The notes under the pieces are model-generated. The model worked only from the letters and a program-made list of their open reading frames with translations, ran no database searches and was not told the DNA's origin. Shown one piece after another: positions 45,677-58,247 of a stretch of 64,000 nucleotides of DNA; position 1 is the first letter of the stretch, and the number at the start of each line of letters is the position of its first letter. Location: positions 682,001 through 746,000 of the forward strand of contig BROI01000009.1 of the NCBI GenBank assembly GCA_027923505.1. Direction: 5' to 3'. Made by a program: the position numbers and the translations under genes. This stretch comes from Mayamaea pseudoterrestris. Taxonomy: Eukaryota.

Positions 45677-47977
45677 TTATATCTCCGCTTGGTCAAGCCC
45701 ATCCGCATACCGACCATCGCTCTCGCTGGAAAACAAAGTGCTGTCCTTGGACTCCAGCGTACTCTCATCATCCATCAACGCATGCGCCGAATGAGCAAAT
45801 CGGGTAGGACCATTTTGCCGACCATGTCTTGCCAATCCTTTGCTCCCTTTCTTCTCTTCCGGGTCGTGAATGACTCCCAATGATGTCAAAATTTCATCTT
45901 CGCTAGAGTGTGTGCTTGATGGCGAAATAGATCTCGTCTGGTCGTCAACCACTTTCGTCCGCTTCATGCTGCCACTCGCAATTCCCCTCTTGGACGAAGG
46001 ACTGCAGGGAAAGCAAGGGAATTCGTCCTCGTCGATTTCGTTCACTACAACTGAATCCTTTGTTTCACTATCCGCCTGCTCGCCTTCAAGCGGCACCGAT
46101 CCACAAGAAAGCATGCCAATCATCGGACAGTTACGAAGTCGGGCAGCTGGCTTCTTGAAGTCATAAATTGAGTCAGTCGAAAGCGTGCTGCCATCCACTT
46201 CTTCGCCGATACTACTCACTTGCAGATCAAAGTCGGCCATGTTTGCGACGGGATTGGTGCTAGAGTGGTTCCAAGAATATGTGCCGCGGACATGCGTCAG
46301 CTTCGCATCGTCCAAATCAGATTTATAATCGCTACTCTCTTCGTAAAACGTGTGAACACTGTCACCGACACCAGAAAATCGTACGTGCTTTAAACTGGAC
46401 AGCAATCTCGGCTTTGCATCATCCGGTGGCGTGTTGCTCGCTGGCAGCTTCAGGCTAGATCGAATCCGAGGAGTGCCAGAAATATTAACCGTACGGTACA
46501 TGGGGGGATTTGTAGACGCTGTCGTTGTACTTGGCGCGGTCAGACGACTCTCAATGCTTTGGCTCAATGTCGATTCCGACCATGATAATAGATTCGTACC
46601 ATTATTATGTTCGTCCAAAGTCACTGCATCCGAGGGCAGCATGGTAGACAGAGCTAACGTTTTAGGACTTCGCCTTGGTCTGATAAACGGCAGCGATGTG
46701 GGACTTCTCAGTTCAGTTGAATTTCTTTCCGGAGGTGATACGACCCGAACGTTTTGAGAAGATGCCGCACTGTCGGTCGCTACAAGTGGAGGGTCCACAG
46801 ACGATGCTTCGTCACTTTCCAGTTCAATCTTTTCGTTACTTTGATTCCGATGCCGCGCGCCAAACGCAAGAGCAACGACGACAAATGTCATGAAAGTAAT
46901 TGCAGCAACAGCGCTAATTGTTATTGAGCGTTTGCGAGCTTGGTTTGCCGCTGCAACAGCCGAAATACTTTCCGACATCGGCGTCGGTCCCGTAGTTGCA
47001 GTCGGCATTATAGTCATTGTCGGCGTGATCGACTCTTGAGCTGCTTGTATGCCAGATGGGGCGGAGGAAGAAGCAATGGAAGGCGTGTATGATGGCGGCA
47101 TGGAAGGAAATACAGTCGGCGAGTCCGATGGCTGGGACGAGTCACCAATCCACTTGCAAGCCGTGCTTGCTACGGCGTTTGAGGGAATTTCGCAAGGCAT
47201 ACACCTCGTTGCATTCAAATAGTAGTTCTCCTTGCGAAAATAGCCGGCGCTGCACCCAACCACATCGTCGCAGTCGCTGCTGCTTGAGTCGCCATTGAGT
47301 AACCGACAAAGCGGCGAGGGTAGAGTTCCAGTGAGGCCAACGTTGGTGACTTTGAGTGATGCCAGCTTAGAGAGAGACGCCAAGCATGTCGGAAGGGTTC
47401 CTCGCATTTTCGTGTTTCCAGAGAGATAAAGATGGGTCATATCAGTAACGCTGCAGAGGGTCGTCGGTACGGAACCAGTCAGCAAGTTTTCAAACAACAT
47501 CAGTCGCATCAGACTGGCCAAGCTCGAAAAATCTGGGAGAGTTCCTGATAGATTGTTTTGGCCAAGGTTAAGGACACGAAGGTCTTGGAGAGAAGCCATG
47601 CTCTCCGTAGGGATCTGACCACGAATAAAATTTGACTCAAGTCGAAGGCTTCGGAGGCGAGTAAAGTTGCCGATACTGAGGGTTCCAGATAGACCCTTGT
47701 TTCGTAAACTGAGGGATTGCACGTAACCGTCGTTGTCGCACTTGACACCCGTAAAGCTGCAGTAGACCTCGCTGACGACTCCACCCCGAAACCAATTGTG
47801 CTTTCGGCGAGAACGAAACGAATACATGCGAGTAGAAACGTAAAAATGAAACAGTGCCCGGGCTTGTTGAAATGCTACACTGTCTTCATCAGCAACCACA
47901 TTGTCGTCATCGTTGGTACCAGCGCATCGCCTGACAAGGACCGCAACAACAAGGATGACCAGCTGTCGGAGCCTCAT
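45677..47977 (-). CDS. LRR receptor-like membrane protein, no kinase domain
   Basis: Signal peptide, C..GVKC cap, plant-type LxxNxLsGxlP LRRs, Cys module, Ser/Pro/Thr stalk, TM and a long Ser-rich tail. Confidence 0.85.
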   Translation of the reverse strand: MRLRQLVILVVAVLVRRCAGTNDDDNVVADEDSVAFQQARALFHFYVSTRMYSFRSRRKHNWFRGGVVSEVYCSFTGVKCDNDGYVQSLSLRNKGLSGTLSIGNFTRLRSLRLESNFIRGQIPTESMASLQDLRVLNLGQNNLSGTLPDFSSLASLMRLMLFENLLTGSVPTTLCSVTDMTHLYLSGNTKMRGTLPTCLASLSKLASLKVTNVGLTGTLPSPLCRLLNGDSSSSDCDDVVGCSAGYFRKENYYLNATRCMPCEIPSNAVASTACKWIGDSSQPSDSPTVFPSMPPSYTPSIASSSAPSGIQAAQESITPTMTIMPTATTGPTPMSESISAVAAANQARKRSITISAVAAITFMTFVVVALAFGARHRNQSNEKIELESDEASSVDPPLVATDSAASSQNVRVVSPPERNSTELRSPTSLPFIRPRRSPKTLALSTMLPSDAVTLDEHNNGTNLLSWSESTLSQSIESRLTAPSTTTASTNPPMYRTVNISGTPRIRSSLKLPASNTPPDDAKPRLLSSLKHVRFSGVGDSVHTFYEESSDYKSDLDDAKLTHVRGTYSWNHSSTNPVANMADFDLQVSSIGEEVDGSTLSTDSIYDFKKPAARLRNCPMIGMLSCGSVPLEGEQADSETKDSVVVNEIDEDEFPCFPCSPSSKRGIASGSMKRTKVVDDQTRSISPSSTHSSEDEILTSLGVIHDPEEKKGSKGLARHGRQNGPTRFAHSAHALMDDESTLESKDSTLFSSESDGRYADGLDQAEI

Positions 47978-48116
47978 GGTGATGATGTGATTACGACGCC
48001 AAGGAAGAGCATGCTGTCCATTTTACGCATCGTGGACGAATCGTATAAGTCTTCGTCACGCGCAATAGGAGCGTGCCATTTCCTCAACGCCACTGGAAAA
48101 TTCTCACGTTTCAAAG

Positions 48117-49994
48117 TTACTTAAATCGACTCCGTTTCTGCGGAGGTGCAGTCGTGCCAGTCGACGATGAGTTGCGACTGAATCCAATCCCAGCTTGACT
48201 CATCCTGCCGGTATTTTGTCGAGGCGTTTCAAAGCTTGATCCCGCTAAAGCTGCCAATTCTGTACTAATTTCTCGACCCTCTCGCTCAAACGCATTCCTC
48301 AATACCCGCGCGAATCCGCTATCTCTCTTCGTCAATAGAGCATAGGCTGTACCAACCTGTTGTTGATTGTCACGTAATCGACCTGCTCGACCACAACGGT
48401 GCACATGAGCGTCCAAATTCTTGGCTGGATCGAAGTTAATAACCGTCATGACGTCCGGAACGTCCAACCCTCGGCCAGCAACATCTGTGGCGATCATGAG
48501 GTTGACGTCCTTCTTGGCAAAGGCCTTTAACGCAGCATTTCGATCGCTTTGATGTTTGTCGCCATGAAGTGTTACAAATGGAATATCAGGCAAGCCCTTG
48601 GCAATAACTTGACCTAATGCTTCACACCCTTCGCGCGTCGCGCAAAACACGAGCGTTCGTCCAATGCTTGTAAGAGTCTCCAGCATGCTCAGCAGGAATT
48701 GCCGCTTGGCTGCAACATCGGGGAGCACCATGACGTGCTGCTCGACATTTTGCGATGCTTCTCCAGTCCTTCCTACCGAGATGCGAACATGATGTGGCTG
48801 GAGCCATTGCTGCGCCACTCGCTCCACGCGATGCCCCATGGTGGCGGAAAGGAGGACAGTTTGACGATTACGAGGCAGTCGATGCAATATAGTATCAACT
48901 TGGACGGCAAAGCCCATTGACAATATTTTATCTGCTTCATCCAAGACGCAAAAACTAATGCTTGCCAAGTAGTCGGGTTGCGATTTTTTAAATCCACTGA
49001 GAACGTCAATGAGTCGAGCGGGAGTGGCAACAATTAATGAATAATGATCGTCGCGCTGCAATTCCAACTGCAAGTGATACTTGCTTGTGGAAGATGCACT
49101 CGAAGCACTGCTGCTGGCTCCTCCGCCTCCACCAATGACAGCCTTGCCAGCAAGCCCAAGTATTTTAAGAAATGGTTGCGCCTGTTGGTGGACTTGCAAG
49201 GCCAATTCTCTGGTTGGTACCAACACGAGAGCCTTTTGTCGCGACGCCTTAGATATATTCATAGATTCTTGCTGTTGTTGAATACGTATAGACTCGTTTG
49301 GTTGATTGTTAATGTGTGCCAAGGCAGGTAGTAGATAGGAGAGCGTCTTCCCTTGTCCTGTATGTGCCGTGATGACGGCATCCTTGCCGCTGAGTAGCAC
49401 TGGTAACGCCTGCGCCTGCACCAATGTGAATTGCTGGTATGTTTGCGAAAGTAGCGTTACGAGAGCCGACGGAAATACTTGTAGAAGCGATTGAAAGTCA
49501 AGCATGGGATCGCATGCTGCTCCAGTGCACGAAACTTGATGTTTTTCTCGCCAGTCGCGTCCTTGACTACCGGTCATGCTTGTCGGCGTGTAAAATACCT
49601 TTTGAATGTGTTCCATGTCAAATGGAAGCGGTGTCTTTAATATTGTTGCTGGTAGAAAGTCATGAGTATTAGTACCGCTACTACCGGTGGTGTCCTCGTT
49701 CCAGTGTTCCGTCGCTTCATCGGCTTCCGCCACCAAGTCGAGTCGTTCCGAAGACGACGCGGCGTTCTGCGGTGTATTTGTAGCTCCAATTTCTCCAAGA
49801 TTATTCATGTAGGCTTCCAAAGGATCATCATCTTGATTTATTGCATGCTCGGTGCCATTAGTAGAATGCTGCAACGTTTGTCTTTCATCCTCTGCGTCGT
49901 CAATCATCCAATCGAGCAAGGACGCCTTGTTCTTCCCCTTGCGCTGCGTTTCTCCGTCGTCTGATTCATCGCTCTCATCATTAAACCATCCCAT
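48117..49994 (-). CDS. DEAD-box RNA helicase (DDX42-like)
   Basis: AHTGQGKT, PTRELA, TPARL, DEAD, SAT, GRGLD, HRCGRAGR; the N-terminal DDDPLEAYM resembles DDX42/Prp5. Confidence 0.9.
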   Translation of the reverse strand: MGWFNDESDESDDGETQRKGKNKASLLDWMIDDAEDERQTLQHSTNGTEHAINQDDDPLEAYMNNLGEIGATNTPQNAASSSERLDLVAEADEATEHWNEDTTGSSGTNTHDFLPATILKTPLPFDMEHIQKVFYTPTSMTGSQGRDWREKHQVSCTGAACDPMLDFQSLLQVFPSALVTLLSQTYQQFTLVQAQALPVLLSGKDAVITAHTGQGKTLSYLLPALAHINNQPNESIRIQQQQESMNISKASRQKALVLVPTRELALQVHQQAQPFLKILGLAGKAVIGGGGGASSSASSASSTSKYHLQLELQRDDHYSLIVATPARLIDVLSGFKKSQPDYLASISFCVLDEADKILSMGFAVQVDTILHRLPRNRQTVLLSATMGHRVERVAQQWLQPHHVRISVGRTGEASQNVEQHVMVLPDVAAKRQFLLSMLETLTSIGRTLVFCATREGCEALGQVIAKGLPDIPFVTLHGDKHQSDRNAALKAFAKKDVNLMIATDVAGRGLDVPDVMTVINFDPAKNLDAHVHRCGRAGRLRDNQQQVGTAYALLTKRDSGFARVLRNAFEREGREISTELAALAGSSFETPRQNTGRMSQAGIGFSRNSSSTGTTAPPQKRSRFK

Positions 49995-50215
49995 TGCTCC
50001 AGGTATGTAAATTGCAGCTTGAGGCTGTAAGATTCGTTCCCATGATCATTGTCTCTGCTGGATGTGCAGTGTTGGAATACGATCATCGAATGGTATGAAT
50101 GAAGGAATCAAAACCAGTGCGACGCGCATGTGACAGCCATCCAATTTCTCGAAACGAGTTCGTCTGTTCCATCATCCACATTGCATCGCAACTTTACACC
50201 TGAACCATCAATACC

Positions 50216-51586
50216 ATGTCAACCGACAATGACGAATCCACGTTATACACAGATCTAAAAGGTTTTCTTGCATCGGACCGTTTGGATCTAAGGAGAGCAG
50301 CGACAGATGCAGTCTTGCAAATTGCCGATGAAAATGGTCGCCATCAAATTGTTGCCCATGGACTCGTTCCATTGTTGAGCTGCAACCTTTCCAGCACAGA
50401 CTATAATGTTTCCATAAACTCGCTGAAAGTGCTACTGCAACTAACGTCTGCGGAACATACTCCATTGGCCAAGGCGACGGCATTGCAGTGTGTTGAGGAA
50501 TTGCTGCAAGCTGGAGGCGGATTAGATCGACTCATGGAAATTCTATTAACGACGGCGTCGACGCAAAACGACGATTGGAGAAACAGAGTCAACCTTGCCA
50601 TGTCACTACTTGCCAATGTTACGCGATCGGAGGAAGGAGCCATTGCCTTGTGTGGTCGTCAGCTGCCCGAGGAAGCTGTCGTGGCGAGCGCAAAGTCATC
50701 AAACGACGACGATACGCCTTTTCACATTCCTCCCAGACCAACGCTGGAACTTCTCTTGGCTCGATTCTTGAATCCTCAATATATTCAACAAGAGATTGAC
50801 TATGATCAGCTGCTTATACAATCGGAAGATCCATTAGTGCTGGATACTCACAGTGGCGACCCCTTTCAACACTTTGCCGCCGTACTCATGAACGCCACAC
50901 AAGTCGAACAGGGTAGGCGCTTCCTTCTACAGCTTCACTACGCACCAGACAGTCGCAAAGCTGACGGTCCACCTCCAACGTCAAACTTTCAGCGCCTGCT
51001 GCCGCAACTACGACACGCTAATCCTATTCGACGCCGCGGAGTGGCAGGCTTGATTCGCAACTGCTGCAGCGACAAGGATAGTGCCTTTTGGTTCACGACG
51101 CAGGTGCGTCTCGTGGATGAGCACTTGCTCTACCCATTGGCTGGACCAGAAGACTTGGACGAGGACGAGAAGCAAAACTTGAATCCCGACTTGTGGCTGA
51201 CTGGTCCGAGCAAGCAACGCGAAACAGATTACTTGACGCGACTCTTTCTAGTGCAGGCGCTGCTCATGCTTTGCAAGGCGGGTCGGCAAGCACGAAAGGA
51301 AATGAATCGCGTCAAAACTAGCGTCATTCTAAAGTGGGCTGGCATGGTGGAGGAGCATGAAGATGTTTCGGAAGTCATTGAGCAATGCATGGAGTACTTG
51401 GCGCGTGATCAAGCGTTTGAGAATGGTGATGGTGAGGACATTGTCAATCGAATAGAGATTTTGGAAGACGATGGTGATGACGATATTAATAGGGACAACG
51501 AGAGTGGTGCTGCTGCAGCCAGGTGTGGTACGTCGGTAGGGGAAGCAATGCCCGTGAGCCAGGAAGATTTCGACAATGTCGATTGA
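50216..51586 (+). CDS. HGH1: HGH1/FAM203 (eEF2 chaperone) homologue
   Basis: LLANVTRSEEG, HFAAVLMNATQVEQGR, IRRRGVAGLIRNCC, LYPLAGPEDLDEDE, KQRETD. Confidence 0.85.
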   Translation: MSTDNDESTLYTDLKGFLASDRLDLRRAATDAVLQIADENGRHQIVAHGLVPLLSCNLSSTDYNVSINSLKVLLQLTSAEHTPLAKATALQCVEELLQAGGGLDRLMEILLTTASTQNDDWRNRVNLAMSLLANVTRSEEGAIALCGRQLPEEAVVASAKSSNDDDTPFHIPPRPTLELLLARFLNPQYIQQEIDYDQLLIQSEDPLVLDTHSGDPFQHFAAVLMNATQVEQGRRFLLQLHYAPDSRKADGPPPTSNFQRLLPQLRHANPIRRRGVAGLIRNCCSDKDSAFWFTTQVRLVDEHLLYPLAGPEDLDEDEKQNLNPDLWLTGPSKQRETDYLTRLFLVQALLMLCKAGRQARKEMNRVKTSVILKWAGMVEEHEDVSEVIEQCMEYLARDQAFENGDGEDIVNRIEILEDDGDDDINRDNESGAAAARCGTSVGEAMPVSQEDFDNVD

Positions 51587-51809
51587 GCCATTTTGCGAAT
51601 CAAGGCCATCTCGCTATTTGTATAAACCAAGATAAACAGATTCTCTACTTCTCACTTTCGCCACTTGCGTACTACGCTTTTTGTGAGTGGTAGAACGACT
51701 CATTGTGCGTTCATCATTTCTCGTCCTTCGCATCCGCCATACACGTCAAGTACGAGCTGACAATACATGTAAAATAGAGCAATCTACTTTTCTACTTCAT
51801 CATTATACA

Positions 51810-52061
51810 TTACTCGCTAAAGAATGCCTTGCCCATGTTGTTTTGATAAAGCTTAGACTTTTGTTCCTGCTCCTTTGCCTTCTCCGCCTTTTTGGCAGCG
51901 TTTTGTCGCATGAAGAAATCCATTGGGGAGACTCCTGTGAATGCTTTTCCTTCCTGGGTCTTGGTTGGCGTAGGCTTCTTGTAGACGCTTTCGGGCGCCT
52001 TGAAGTCCTTGAATTTGGCGTCTTGCTGGTCGCGCTCGGATTGCGTTTGTTCGGCTGACAT
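51810..52061 (-). CDS. Small hypothetical protein (83 aa)
   Basis: Compact Lys/Glu-rich ORF from MSAEQ; no recognised family. Confidence 0.5.
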   Translation of the reverse strand: MSAEQTQSERDQQDAKFKDFKAPESVYKKPTPTKTQEGKAFTGVSPMDFFMRQNAAKKAEKAKEQEQKSKLYQNNMGKAFFSE

Positions 52062-52320
52062 GACGATTGATGACTTCGAATAATAAATCCGTCTTAACGA
52101 TCGATTGATGTGATGCAGCCACGAGAATGTAGAGTATGTTTGTATAGGCTGCTTTGTTGCAGAGATCAATTGCAATCCAAGGTAATTGAGAGAAGGTTGT
52201 CGGAAGGTCATGGCGAAGTCGGTCATTCATGTTGTGACCGCAAAGGTGCGTGACGCGATCGGACATATCTTTTAGAATTCAGTGCCGCATGGCACAAGAT
52301 CTTCGACGAACGCACTCACC

Positions 52321-54147
52321 ATGGCGAAACCACTCCAACCACACACAATGCCTGTCTCCTACGGCTCTGGCAAGCGACTTTTGGTTGGTTATTCACGTCT
52401 TTGTCACTTACTCTTATTCAGTCGACCCCTAACGATACAAGCGGCAGCTTTTGGAATTCACAGTAGCGGCAGCAGCTCAATTACAACCACATCCAAACAC
52501 ATTGCTTTTGCAAGCCACGCAACAGTTCACAGCGGCATTACTGCAAGTACAGCACTCTTTAGCACCATGACTTCGGATCGTCATCCAGTCACCGCATCTC
52601 CCATCTTGACGTTTGGATCAAATGTCGAGAAACTTGGAGACGAGGAGTACGCAGCAACAGTTCTCATGGGAAAGAAGGACATGCTCGACAAGCATGCCGC
52701 TGCCTTGCTACGTGAAACACTCGGTCTCGCAATGGACGACAATTTACTAGAGCGCATGCTCAATGACATTGACGCCAAGTCGGGAGGTTCTTCCAGTACC
52801 CTTCTTGCTGCGAGTGCAGGAGGTCCGACGATGATGCATCGATTGACGATTTGTGGACTTCCTCATCACGATTCACGCAACCTCAGTCCAAGTTCGTTTC
52901 ATGCCATTCCAGCACTCGTCAAGAGCCAGGTCATGACGCTGAGTAAGCAATCCAACTGCACCCGCTAGCTTATTTTCACGAACGATGTAAGCGACAGCAT
53001 TGGCCCATATGCTGCGGCGGTCAGCAAGGCGGTTCCTCTCTTTTCGCTCAAAACTACGTCGTCGCCACCGAGCAATCTACGCAACATTGGCGTCTCATTC
53101 GTTGACGCGCAAGGCTCACTGGTGACTGATGAAACGCAACTACAAGCGGCGCAAGTTGTTTCGGAAAGTGTTCAGCTTGCCGCCCGCTTGGTGGATATGC
53201 ACCCCGAGCAATTAACCACGACGCAGTTTGTCAAGGAGGTGCAAACTCTTCTCGACGACAAGCTTGAACATGTGAAAATGACGGAAATCACGGGCGACGA
53301 CTTGATTCAATATGGAGGCTTGCACGCTGTTGGTCGCGCCGCGGAACATCCGCCTCGGCTTGTCATACTCGAATACGACGGTCGCTCCAAAAGTAACGAC
53401 AAGGGCCAAAGCAGCGAACATTCGACAGTGGCATTGGTTGGCAAGGGCATTGTATACGATACTGGTGGCTTGGCGCTCAAGAGTAAGGACGGAATGAGCG
53501 GAATGAAGGGTGACATGGGTGGTGCTGCTGCCTTGCTGGGTGGATTTTACGCTGCATGTCGTTTGAAGGTTCAGAGAAAGATTGTTCTAATCCTTTGCTT
53601 GGCGGAAAATGCCATTGGACCGACGGCTTTCCGCAATGATGACATTTTAATCATGTACTCGGGCAAGTCTGTCGAAGTTAATAATCCAGATGCGGAGGGT
53701 CGTTTGGTATTGGCAGATGGGGTGGCGCATGCGACCAAACACATTGAGGATCTGGGCTTGGTGGTCGACATGGCAACTCTTACTGGCGCGCAGCTTGTTG
53801 CGACGGGCAAGACACATGCCGGTATTCTCACAAACTCCAAAGAAGTGGAAGAGCAGGCTGTCCTGGCTGGTTTGAAATCGGGAGACTATGTATTTCCCAT
53901 GGTTTACTGCCCGGAGCTTTTGATGGACGAGTTCAAGTCCGAAGTAGCAGACATGAAGAACAGCGTCAAGGATAGGGGTAATGCGCAATCCTCCTGTGCG
54001 GGACATTTTGTTGAGAGTCACTTGAATAAAGGATATACTGGCGATTGGTTGCACGTTGACATTGCTGGGCCTGCTTGGCGCGATGGCCGAGGCACGGCAT
54101 TCGGTACAGGCTTCGTGCTCAGCATCTTGGGAGTTGACGGTTGGTAA
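52321..54147 (+). CDS. M17 leucyl aminopeptidase (NPEPL1-like) with an in-frame TAG at 52966-52968
   Basis: VGKGIVYDTGG, MKGDMGGAA, LAENA, NPDAEGRLVLADG, DMATLTGA, HVDIAG; the N- and C-terminal ORFs are in the same frame. Confidence 0.88.
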
Positions 54148-54194
54148 AATATAAGCGCGCCATAGTTTTATAGTGTTAACTTATTTAAAAAACG

Positions 54195-57100
54195 TTATGT
54201 TGTTTTGCTTTTCAACTGCTCCACCATCTCGGCAACAATCTCTTCGCCCTTCAGCTCAAATTCCCGACGATTCTGTAAAGCGTAGTTGAGGTACTCATCA
54301 CTAAATACGCCAAACACACCACAGTCTTTCAGTTTCTTTGCAAGGGGAATGATATAGAAGTCAAAGAAACCCATTTCGCCCCGAAACCATCCGGGTGCGG
54401 GATCCGACTGAGAGCGCCCCTCTTTCCAAGCTCGCCAGCATTCCTCAAACAGTCTCGCATTCCATTTGCGGTAAATATGCCAATGCTGCATCGTATGAGC
54501 CACATCTGAGGTCTGAATCAAATGCTCGATGACAATGGTGGCCTTGCGGGCTGTCAGTTCCTCGCAGGTGGCGCTCGATTTTTCTTGGGCAAATGCCTTT
54601 TTCCATCGCTCCTTGCGTTTTGCCGCCAACTCCTTGTCCATTATGTCCGTTGATAATACCGATTGAACTAACATCTGTCGGAAACGCTTGAACTCATCCT
54701 CTGTTTGATAGATGGTCCGACGGAGGTCCTCAAAGCAATCTTGCATGAGAAGATCCCAGGCAATCTCGAAGGAATTCTGTTCGGCAATGCTTTTCTGCTT
54801 GTACACGACGGCAATACTAGCATCTTCGTTCACTAGCTGCGAATTTGGAACTCCTGTATGGTCAACGTCATGAATGAGTGCGGCCAAAATCACTGCAAAT
54901 TGGGTCAGCGGACTAGAGTTTATACCAAAGGTGTGGTCATGCAAAACTTTGTGAGCGGCATCTTGGCTCTCAGGCTCTATATCAGGGGCAACAATGCGGG
55001 ACAAAAGCTTCACAACACTCATGGTGACATGTGAAGCGTGCTCAAAGTTATGAAAGGGGTTGTCGCGATACAGAGCGGCAATTGTTAAAGTATACTCCTG
55101 CAGTTGCAAGGAAATTTTGCTCCCGAGATCTACGTCAGCGGCGCATTTTTGTCGCTTGGCCACATCAGCGTCGAAGGCTGGAATATCCACTATGTCTTTG
55201 ATTTCATCTATTGGAATGCTATCACTGTCAATGTTGGCTAGCTCCAGCGCTCGCATCGTTGACGCGCTATCAGGTCGGACACCTCGGGCTTCGCGACGGA
55301 CAACTTGTTCACGCAAGACTCTTGACAAAATTTCCACGTTCCATGATACCAGACGCATGTTCTTTTCAGATAGCGGTTGGGCCTTCTCCTCAATGCTGTG
55401 TTTCAAGTCGCCTTTGAGCTGAGCAAGATCAACGACAGCTTGAGGAGCAAGGTCGACGACAGCCTGAGGCTCGTCCTCGTCCTCTTCATAGTCTGCGTTC
55501 GATGCCGACGGGTCACTGCCTCCCCCACCAGATGACATGGAGTGCGCTTTCTCACCCTTGATCTCAAGCCAAAATGTTTGCACTTCGCCCTTTCCAGTTG
55601 CAGTAATCTTATTTTCACGGGGACGCGTCCAATGACCCTTACCCGCATGCTGGAGCAACTCCGCCGTCTCAGGAGACAGATGGATCATATTTTTGGCACC
55701 GGTATTTTCAATTCTAGCGGTAATGTTGACTGCATCACCAAAGAGCTGTCGGAAAAGCGAGCGATAAGGTGAGCATATTCTCGTCTACTTTTATCCCGAA
55801 TTACAAGTTTTCCGCTTACCTGGAATCGAGCACGTTCGCCACGCAAAACTCCAGCCGTCACGGGCCCCGAGTGCAGCCCAACCCTGAGACCGAGATCGTT
55901 CGTATCCGGACCTAAAGAAACCTCCAAGGACTTGGTCACTTGACCTAGTTTGTACAAGCAATCGCGAGCAAAACGACTCTATGAAGGGAGTTAGGTAATG
56001 ACTGGATGAGCGGCAATTGTACCAATCGAACACCGAATGGGTACACTGCAACGGATGTACTTACCATGACGATAGCGTGATCATGCCGCGGCTCAGGGAG
56101 ACCGCACACAGCAACTGGAAAAAGAGGACTTAAGTTAGAGCGTACCCCGACTATTGGGCAATGGACATGCACATGAACTACATGGAACGCACCATAGCAG
56201 TCTCCAATCGTCTCGACCTTGAAAACACGACGGCGCATGGCAACCTGATCAAATTCATAGTATATGGTCTCCAATAAGTTAAATACCTGAGCAGGTTCCC
56301 TCATACTACTCCATGCAGTAAAGCCAACCAAGTCTGCATACATGATTGTCACTTGAGGGAACAAATCGGCAATCGGCTTCGTTTTAAAAATTGAATTTCC
56401 AGTGCTATTCTTGGCTTCGTCGTCGACGTGAAGGAACTGCTTGATCTGCGTTTTTGGGGCAAAAGCAAAGGAGCGCTTTGCTTGCTCATCCCGTTGGTAG
56501 TCGGCGTCTGCATTGTGCAAGATGCGATCATGCATTTCTTTTGGAAAGAGGCTCGTAACAATAGCTTTTGTTCGCTCGGCCGTGAATTGCAGCTTGGCTT
56601 GGCGACGGTAGATCATCAGGTCGTACGCCATGAAAAACATGAGCGTTAAAAAGAAAACCATTACCACAAGGACACAGTAAATAGTCGGCTTATTGGTGTA
56701 AAACGTTTCTTCGAACATGACAGTAGGGTACACTGTCATTTTGTAGTCGCAGTGCCCTTTCTGGGAGGTTCTGTTGACGCCATCGTATTGCGCCTGCTGA
56801 GCAAACTGATAGACAAACTTTGAGCCTTCGTATCGCTTGTCATGGTAGGAACCTGCGCCTAGATAGGTGGCCGTTGGGCCGTTAAGAAGAAACGAGAAGC
56901 TATCTCCACACGTTCCTCGAATGTCGACTAAAATGCCTTCCACCTCCGGCGGCAGAATGTTAAGGAAGAACTCACGCCATTGCACATTAGCAAACAAGAA
57001 AGCCACTGTCTCTGAGCCCGGGTAAAAGTCGTCGTAGATTGGATTAATGACTGATCGTTCATAAATTGAGTGTGTTAGTTGAGTCAAGGTGAAGGAAATG

Positions 57101-58247
57101 GGCCTTCGCTGAGTTCGAGCACTTACGGAAAGAGGACGGACTGTTATCCGCTGCCTCAACGTGGTCAGTAAAATGTGTTAGCATACGCAGGTCGGCCACA
57201 CCCGATAGCATCATATGATTAACCTCCAACGCATTGTCAATGGCTGACTTGAACTCGGGATGAGTGTAGACGTCAAAATTCACAATGGTGGCGTTGGTTG
57301 GAACGGGCCCAGTCTCCCAAATTGGTACGTGAAAGGGCTCATCAATGATTGGTGACGACGGACCCAAATTCAAGTCGTGCATGCTGCTTTCCCCATTGGC
57401 AGCCTGCTGCCAGGATGGGTCGCTCGCCAAAATCTGATTCATCGTCTCGTACGGATAAATTTGCGGCGTGATGTTACCTGGGTTCTTAGCAAAGGCTGCC
57501 TCGCCTTTGTGAAAACTCCAATCGTTGTAAACCCAAGATTGCTGCTCGTATGCATATTGCTCCCACTCGGCAAGCTTGCTTTGTTTGACGATGGGCGCCA
57601 AAAAGATGAGGCTTGCCCCTGAGAGTTCCCTGGCGTCGCCTGACCGACGATCAAATCTGGCAATAGTTACAGCTGGGAACGCTCCATTCGCTAGAGAATG
57701 CGATGTCAAAGTTACACCAAGAAGATGTACCTGGCCAAATAGATTGGCAGTAGTGGCTTCGACGTTAGCGTACGCTGCTTCGGCGTATTGAGTGAACTGC
57801 GGAATTCAAAGAGGATGAAGAACGTACGCGTGGTGAGTGGTGAGGTGGCGGATAATCGCGAAGGGATCGAAGGCAGCCCAAGCTTGACTTAAAAGAGACA
57901 CTTACCACAACTTGAAACTCGTACTGCTCTTGCTTCTTGGTAAAAATATACGTCAACGTGCCGACCGTGACTGCAGCCGCCAGGAGGGAGAGGTACACCA
58001 ACGCCTTCGATCGTTTGACGTTTCTTGTACGCTGCTTGGACTCGATGCACTCATCCGTCGAAACATCTCCCGTCGCTAAAGCTTTCCCAGCCGAACTGGA
58101 CCGCTCACTGGAACCCGAGTTACTGCCCGAACTGGAATTTTCCTTGCGTGAATCCATGTCGTCATCGTCAGATTCGTTTGTGATGCGCATTTTTTGTTCA
58201 TCCTTTGCTCCTCCGGCGGTCGCCACCGGTAGTTCCTTCGGTGCCAT
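54195..58247 (-). CDS. Membrane sensor / class III nucleotide cyclase / class I phosphodiesterase fusion, copy 1 (about 6 exons)
   Basis: TM, extracellular domain, TM, then ADLVGFT, KVETIGDCY, GLHSGPVTAGV, RFQ|LFGDAVN, then PFHNFEHASHV, IHDVDHTGVPN and SDVAH. Confidence 0.92.

Noticed and set aside
52966..52968. Alternative genetic code (TAG as sense)
   Set aside because: Other genes in the window, such as NCBP2, MIC60 and HSF, end in TAG.
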